Shown one piece after another: positions 16,678-21,884 of a DNA stretch of 21,884 bases. How positions within the stretch are numbered: the first letter of the stretch is position 1; the number at the start of each line of letters is the position of its first letter. The position numbers and the translations under genes are program-made. The notes under the pieces are model-generated. The model was not told the origin of the DNA. It searched no databases and saw only the letters and a program-made list of their open reading frames with translations. The stretch comes from Candidatus Acetothermia bacterium (GTDB lineage: Bacteria; Bipolaricaulota; Bipolaricaulia; M55B111): the NCBI GenBank assembly GCA_046543235.1, contig JBKGZT010000022.1, positions 1 through 21,884 of the forward strand, written 5' to 3'.

Positions 16678-17778
16678 ATGGCTGAAGTAAGGTTAGAAAA
16701 CGTTACGAAGAAGTTCGGCGATCTCACGGCGGTCGACAGCGCCAACTTAACCATTGAGGATTCGGAGTTCATCGTTCTGGTCGGTCCTTCCGGCTGCGGG
16801 AAAACCACGACCCTGCGTTGCGTTGCCGGGCTGGAAGAACCGACGGACGGCGAGGTTTACATCGGAGACAGGATGGTAAACGGTGTCCCGCCGAAGGACC
16901 GGGATATCGCGATGGTATTCCAGAATTACGCCCTTTACCCGCATATGGACGTTTACAACAACATAGCCTTCGGGCTGAAGCTGAGGAAGTTGCCGAAGGA
17001 CGAAATAGAGGAACGAGTCAATCGGACGGCGGACCTGCTGGGAATTCACGACAAGCTGGATTCTAAACCGAAGGAACTATCCGGTGGGCAGAGACAGCGT
17101 GTCGCCGTTGGGAGAGCTATTGCGAGAAATCCCAAGGTTTTCCTGTTCGACGAGCCCCTCTCCAACCTCGACGCCAAGCTGAGGGTCCAGATGAGGGCGG
17201 AGCTGCAGGAGCTCCATCACGACCTATCCACGACTTCCATGTACGTTACCCACGACCAGGTGGAGGCGATGACGCTGGGCAACAGGGTTGCGGTCATAGA
17301 CGAGGGCGTCATTCAGCAGTACGCCGCCCCTCAGACCATCTACGACCAGCCAAGCAACAAGTTCGTCGCAGGGTTTATCGGTAGCCCGTCGATGAACTTC
17401 CTCGACGCGCAGCTGAAGGAAGAGGACGGGAAGACGTACATCTCGGGTAGCGGGTTTGAGTTGCTGTTGCCTGACAATATTACCAGTCAGCTGGACGGGG
17501 TCAGCGAAAAGAACGTAACCTTCGGTATACGCCCCGAGGACTTGGTGGCCGAACAGACGATTCATGAGGGTGACGAGACGAGGACTCTCGACGTCCACGT
17601 GCTCGTTACCGAACCTTTAGGTGACGAGATCATAGTCCACTCGGAGGTCGGAGACCAGGAGATCGTGGCCCAGCTCGACCCCCGAGTTGATATCGAGCCC
17701 CACCAGGACGTAAAGCTGTTTGCCGACATGGATTACATTCACATATTTGACAAGAACACGGGGGAAGCGCTGGTTTAA
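16678..17778 (+). CDS. Sugar ABC transporter ATP-binding protein (MalK/MsmX/UgpC type)
   Basis: GPSGCGKTT, MVFQNYALYPHM, LSGGQRQR, FDEPLSNLDAKLR, YVTHDQ and FIGSP, plus C-terminal TOBE region; GGAGG SD before ATG 16678. Confidence 0.95.
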   Translation: MAEVRLENVTKKFGDLTAVDSANLTIEDSEFIVLVGPSGCGKTTTLRCVAGLEEPTDGEVYIGDRMVNGVPPKDRDIAMVFQNYALYPHMDVYNNIAFGLKLRKLPKDEIEERVNRTADLLGIHDKLDSKPKELSGGQRQRVAVGRAIARNPKVFLFDEPLSNLDAKLRVQMRAELQELHHDLSTTSMYVTHDQVEAMTLGNRVAVIDEGVIQQYAAPQTIYDQPSNKFVAGFIGSPSMNFLDAQLKEEDGKTYISGSGFELLLPDNITSQLDGVSEKNVTFGIRPEDLVAEQTIHEGDETRTLDVHVLVTEPLGDEIIVHSEVGDQEIVAQLDPRVDIEPHQDVKLFADMDYIHIFDKNTGEALV

Positions 17779-17830
17779 TCCTGTTTTAATTAAAGAAATT
17801 TGAGGACGTAGTTAATTTATTATGTTAAAG

Positions 17831-17869
17831 AAGAAGATAGGGCCTCCATTGCGGGGGCCCTATCTTCTT
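17831..17869. terminator. Terminator-like hairpin after the ABC ATPase
   Basis: 17-bp stem AAGAAGATAGGGCCTCC / GGGGGCCCTATCTTCTT (one G-U pair) with 5-nt loop. Confidence 0.8.
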
Positions 17870-17910
17870 GAACCAGAAGGACCGCATTTCGACTTTTCGG
17901 GATGAGTTGA

Positions 17911-18600
17911 ATGAACGTTTCCCGAGTGCTACGCAAGCTCAAGGACGTTATAGTGGACGGGCTGGTAGTCATAATGCCGGTTACAATTACCGGTTACCTC
18001 CTCTGGCTGGGATACAACCTGATCGACGGTTTCTTCGGCCGCAATACGGTACTTGGTGCCCAGCTGAGCAATTCCCTGGAACGCCTGTTTGGGATAGAGT
18101 GGATTCCGGGGCTGAGCATCATCTATACAGTCGTGCTGGTGCTTTTGCTCGGTCTGGCTTCCCGGGTCTACCTCGGCAAGCTGGTTCAGAAATACGCGAA
18201 CCTGGTCATGAAGAAGCTGCCCCTAGTGAAGAGGATATATCCGCCGGCCCAGGAGATATCGGAGGCGATATTAGGCGAAAGTTCGTTCTCTTCTTTCAAG
18301 GAAGTCGTGCTGGTCGAGTACCCCAGACCTGACAGCTATACCCTGGGGTTCGTGACGAACCACGTCGGGGACAGGGTTACGGTCTACATCTTTCCCGCCC
18401 CGAACCCCTTTACCGGTCGGATCCTGTTTTTCCCCGAAGAGGACGTGACGTATCTTGATATGTCCGTCGAAGCGGGGATAAAGATGGTGATATCCATGGG
18501 TATTTCTTCGCCGGAAACGCTTTACGAAAGCGGTGCCGGCGGTGAGGCCGACCCAGGCGCGAGGGATGGGAACGACGAACTGGAGGACCGGGTTAACTAG
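17911..18600 (+). CDS. DUF502 (COG2928) membrane protein
   Basis: GLVVIMPVTIT, two TM segments, LPLVKRIY, VVLVEYPR, GFVT, PNPFTG and MSVEAGIKMVISMG. Confidence 0.88.
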   Translation: MNVSRVLRKLKDVIVDGLVVIMPVTITGYLLWLGYNLIDGFFGRNTVLGAQLSNSLERLFGIEWIPGLSIIYTVVLVLLLGLASRVYLGKLVQKYANLVMKKLPLVKRIYPPAQEISEAILGESSFSSFKEVVLVEYPRPDSYTLGFVTNHVGDRVTVYIFPAPNPFTGRILFFPEEDVTYLDMSVEAGIKMVISMGISSPETLYESGAGGEADPGARDGNDELEDRVN

Positions 18601-18626
18601 GAGACAGGAGAGGAGTAAGATAAGTT

Positions 18627-19418
18627 TTGATTCCAATTCGCGATACCAGGCCGAGCTACCGTTTTTCCTGGATTACGGTTACGCTGATTGCCCTAAACGT
18701 ACTCGTATTCCTTTTTCAGCTGAGCCTGAGTAACGAGCCGACCGAGACCCTCGACATTACGAAGTGGAAGCAGAACGACGTCGTGCCGCTCGACTACGAC
18801 AGGTTGTCCCAGCCCGGGGTAAATCAGGTCTCGATATCGCCAAAGCGGAAGTTCATCTTCAAGTACGGAGCCGTTCCGGCTGAAATCGCCAGCTTTACGG
18901 ATTTCCCCCCTTACGTCCCTTTTCCGGTCCTGCTGACCCTGGTGACCTCCACTTTTCTTCACGGGGGACTCTTTCACCTCCTCGGCAACATGCTCTTTCT
19001 CTGGATATTCGGGGATAACGTGGAAGACGCCATGGGGCCTCTGCGGTTCCTCGGCTTTTACTTCCTGGCGGGAGTTGCAGGAGCCTCCCTGCAGATAGTT
19101 GCTACCAGTGGAAGCGGTACGCCGATGATCGGGGCTTCTGGTGCTATAGCTGGGGTCATGGCCGCTTATCTATTGCTTTACCCAAATTCGAGGATCGTTA
19201 CCATCGTCCCGATATTCTTTTTCTTTACCTTCATTCAGATCCCCGCGTTCATAATGGTTGGTTTCTGGTTCCTCTTCGAATTGATTCGAGCCGCGGGAGA
19301 GTCGGCGGGGCAAGTCGCCCGCCTTGCGCACGTTGGTGGTTTCATCGCGGGGTTAATACTGACGCCTTACTTCAAGCGTAGGTTCATCAAGATCAGGTTG
19401 TGGGATTACTGGCGCTAG
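18627..19418 (+). CDS. Rhomboid-family intramembrane serine protease
   Basis: MIPIRD start, FLHGGLFHLLGNMLFLWIFGDNVED, catalytic GASGA and AHVGGF. Confidence 0.93.
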   Translation: MIPIRDTRPSYRFSWITVTLIALNVLVFLFQLSLSNEPTETLDITKWKQNDVVPLDYDRLSQPGVNQVSISPKRKFIFKYGAVPAEIASFTDFPPYVPFPVLLTLVTSTFLHGGLFHLLGNMLFLWIFGDNVEDAMGPLRFLGFYFLAGVAGASLQIVATSGSGTPMIGASGAIAGVMAAYLLLYPNSRIVTIVPIFFFFTFIQIPAFIMVGFWFLFELIRAAGESAGQVARLAHVGGFIAGLILTPYFKRRFIKIRLWDYWR

Positions 19419-19430
19419 CCCGTGCGGCGA

Positions 19431-21671
19431 TTAAACCAGTCCGGAGGGTACGGCCAGGAAGGTTCCCTGGGTCCTGACGTATTCCATCAGATTGTTGTAA
19501 GTGCGGTGAGAGGCAAGGGTGCCGGAATCACCAACCATTATTAGTTTCCGCCTTGCCCTGGTCAGGGAGACGTTCAGCCTCCTTACGTCGGTGAGAAAGC
19601 CGAGCTGGTTCTCCGGATTGCTCCTAACGAATGATATGATGATCACTTCTTTTTCCCGGCCCTGAAAGCCATCGACGGTCTTGATTTCGAGGTTTTCCTT
19701 CCCTATTTGAGAGTTGAGCAGGTCTACCTGGTCGTCGTAGGGGGAAATTATTCCGATTTCCCTGGGGTCCAGTTTCTCCAGAAGCGGGGTGACGAGCAGT
19801 GAGACCAGCCTGGCTTCCGTCTCGTTTTCCCGGGAATTGGATCCAGGTCTCTGTCTCTCCTCCCCCTCCGTCTCTCCGGTATCGAGGAAGACGACGGGCT
19901 CTTCAGGGTTGAGTGCCTGGCTGAGTTTCTCGTCGACCGAATCCCGTGGACCGGCGTCGACCCCCAGATCGTTCAGCGTGTGCCGGACGACGGAGGCGTC
20001 GGCCTTTAGCCTGCCTCCGTAAAATTCCTCGTTGGAGAACTCCATTATATCCTCGTGCATTCTGAACTGGGTCAGGAGCATCTCCCGTATGCCGTCTCCC
20101 TCGCGGCTCACCAGTTTTTCGAAGGCGGTGACCTGCAGGTCTTCCTTGGCCTCTTCGGCGAGAACCGTCGGAGGCAACTGTTTGTGGTCCCCGGCAAATA
20201 CCACACGATCGGATCTGTTCATCGGAATCAGGCAGGAAGGTTCCGTCGCCTGCGTTGCCTCGTCGATTACCGTTACGTCGAAGGATCTGCCCTCCATCAG
20301 CTCGGAGCCGGCGGTGGAATTGGTCGTACAGACGACTTCGGAGGAGTCGATTATTTCGTCTATCGCTTCGTCCTCCAGCTTCTTGCTCTTTTCGTAAAGC
20401 TCGTCAATTTCTTCCTGCAGCTTCAGCCACTTCGACATCTCCTTGATCTTTTTCCTAGATACCCCCCGCGATCCCGAGCCCTTTTGGGCAAGCTGGTGGA
20501 TCTGAATATCGCTCATCCCGCGCCGATAACGACCGGAAGGGAACTGGTAGGAGTCCTGTTTTTCCTGAAGATTCTTTGCTTTCTCCTTAAGTTCCTTTGA
20601 TTTTTCGTACTTCTGGTGCCCCTGGACGCGGTAGTCGAGGCTGACTTCACGGAGGAAGGGCGTTATTCTGGCCGGGTGACCCACCCGGACCACATCGAGG
20701 TCCTTGCCGATAAGGAACTCCACCATGTTATCGACGGCGGTATTGGAGGCTGCCGTTGCCAACACTTTCCTGCCCCGGTCGACCAGTTCCTCGGTTAGGG
20801 CGGCCAGGGTAGTGGTTTTCCCCGTGCCAGGTGGGCCGTGAATGCAGAAGAACGGGTCCGCGTTTACCCCGCGCCGGACGGCAAGAGTCTGAGAGGAGTC
20901 CAGTTTCTCGTCTCGAGGCTGGAAATCCGCGGCCTCTACGTCATCGACCCCGGAAAGTCCGACCAACTTTTTGACCAGGTCCTCCTGGCGGTGGAAGGGC
21001 AGTTTCTCGAGCCCTTTCAGCATCCGCTGGTAGGTGATATCGTTTACGTAGAGGTCCGCCCGGAGCCCTCTGGATTGGAGGAAGTCGTCCGTCGGCGGCT
21101 CAAAGGCCACCGTGACTGAATAGTTCGTCTTTTCCGCCACCGTTCCCGTGGGGTTATCGTCCCGCAGTGGGTCGTTTTTCGAGAACATCACGAGGTCACC
21201 GACAGTAATCTCGGTCTCCGGCAGCTCTTCCCCTTTCCTGTTCCGGCTGAATTTGATCATCTTCTTTCCACCGAGATCTTCCCCGGCGTCCTTGCCCCTC
21301 AGGTGGAGAAGGGCTCTTCCCATATTCTCCCGCTCCCTTCCCGAAGTCGTCCTGATTTCCCTTTCGTGTCGTTCCATCTCTTCTTCCCTCTCCAGCTGAA
21401 CGAGCTCTTTGTACTTGTCCACGTAACTGGAAAGGTGTTCCCAGTCTTCCTCGTTCCACTGGACGGCCTGAACCTCTCCGGGACCGATCGAGTCGATCTC
21501 GTCGGGGTCGTAGTATTTTCGTTCCTCGTAGATCTCTATCTCGGCGAAGGTCTCGTCGAGCTCTATATTGCCTATCGATTCCGGGTCCAATCGGGTTTGA
21601 TTGGAAAGCGCCCCTATGATGTCGCCGACCCCGGCGTCGTGGTTCAAATCCCTAACTAAAAGATAGTGCAT
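19431..21671 (-). CDS. IGHMBP2/Upf1-like superfamily 1 helicase with N-terminal DbpA-like RNA-binding domain
   Basis: GPPGTGKTT, SNTAVDN, DEATQ, GDHKQLPP, QFRM, SPYDDQV, TVDGFQGREKE and RRLNVSLTRAR. Confidence 0.9.
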   Translation of the reverse strand: MHYLLVRDLNHDAGVGDIIGALSNQTRLDPESIGNIELDETFAEIEIYEERKYYDPDEIDSIGPGEVQAVQWNEEDWEHLSSYVDKYKELVQLEREEEMERHEREIRTTSGRERENMGRALLHLRGKDAGEDLGGKKMIKFSRNRKGEELPETEITVGDLVMFSKNDPLRDDNPTGTVAEKTNYSVTVAFEPPTDDFLQSRGLRADLYVNDITYQRMLKGLEKLPFHRQEDLVKKLVGLSGVDDVEAADFQPRDEKLDSSQTLAVRRGVNADPFFCIHGPPGTGKTTTLAALTEELVDRGRKVLATAASNTAVDNMVEFLIGKDLDVVRVGHPARITPFLREVSLDYRVQGHQKYEKSKELKEKAKNLQEKQDSYQFPSGRYRRGMSDIQIHQLAQKGSGSRGVSRKKIKEMSKWLKLQEEIDELYEKSKKLEDEAIDEIIDSSEVVCTTNSTAGSELMEGRSFDVTVIDEATQATEPSCLIPMNRSDRVVFAGDHKQLPPTVLAEEAKEDLQVTAFEKLVSREGDGIREMLLTQFRMHEDIMEFSNEEFYGGRLKADASVVRHTLNDLGVDAGPRDSVDEKLSQALNPEEPVVFLDTGETEGEERQRPGSNSRENETEARLVSLLVTPLLEKLDPREIGIISPYDDQVDLLNSQIGKENLEIKTVDGFQGREKEVIIISFVRSNPENQLGFLTDVRRLNVSLTRARRKLIMVGDSGTLASHRTYNNLMEYVRTQGTFLAVPSGLV

Positions 21672-21755
21672 TACGACAATTCACCTTTATTTGTCGTTCC
21701 TCTCGATCCGTCAGCAAACAAAGTCTTAGGGCCCTCCGGAAGGAAAGCAGCTAGC

Positions 21756-21784
21756 TTGAATCGCCTGGAAGGACGGACTATACT
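21756..21784 (+). promoter_or_regulatory. sigma70-type promoter for tRNA-Leu
   Basis: TTGAAT-N17-TATACT, ending 9 nt upstream of the tRNA. Confidence 0.8.
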
Positions 21785-21793
21785 TATTTTCCA

Positions 21794-21882
21794 GCCAGGG
21801 TGGCGGAATTGGCAGACGCGCGGGACTCAAAATCCCGTGGTCCGTTTGGACCGTGCGGGTTCGACTCCCGCCCTTGGCACCA
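21794..21882 (+). tRNA. tRNA-Leu(CAA)
   Basis: Acceptor stem GCCAGGG/CCTTGGC, anticodon arm CGGGA-CTCAAAA-TCCCG, long variable arm, GGTTCGACTCC T arm, and encoded CCA. Confidence 0.97.
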
Positions 21883-21884
21883 GG

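Noticed and set aside
45-21659. Many alternative-frame and antisense ORFs (e.g. 5318..5998 +, 11872..12636 -, 13202..13858 -, 8151..8687 -, 20055..20600 +)
   Set aside because: They overlap well-supported genes, show no recognisable motifs, and are expected shadows of GC3-rich coding sequence.
19431-21671. Helicase as part of an anti-phage defence system or as an intein host
   Set aside because: No adjacent nuclease or defence genes, no nuclease domain evident, and the helicase motifs are contiguous with no intein-sized insertion.
1-21884. Genomic island or prophage between the two tRNAs
   Set aside because: The tRNA 3' ends face outward, no integrase, transposase or att repeat is seen inside, and the content is housekeeping and metabolic.

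Overview
Bacterial chromosomal segment (about 54% GC by eye, sigma70-type promoters, GGAGG Shine-Dalgarno sites, several acidic proteins) bounded by two outward-facing tRNA genes: a partial tRNA-Thr(CGT) on the left and tRNA-Leu(CAA) on the right. From left to right it holds: (1) a minus-strand run galT-like > otsA > otsB > treT > pfkA > CDF transporter > PrsW-type protease; (2) a divergent nitroreductase-family gene; (3) an ArcE-like (arginine synthetase, COG2403) gene coupled to upp; (4) a plus-strand operon HAD phosphatase > Ugp-type ABC permease > binding protein > AP-endonuclease-2-fold (CbiR-like) metalloenzyme > second permease; (5) coaD; (6) a stand-alone MalK/MsmX ATPase with a perfect LacI-type palindrome upstream; (7) DUF502 and a rhomboid protease; (8) an IGHMBP2/Upf1-like SF1 helicase that seems to carry an N-terminal DbpA-type RNA-binding domain. 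No mobile element, CRISPR array or clear riboswitch was seen. The best candidates for new biology are the putative phosphodiester uptake and cleavage operon, the RRM-helicase fusion and the trehalose/NDP-glucose cluster with an atypical OtsA. All family calls come from motif recognition by eye, not database searches.
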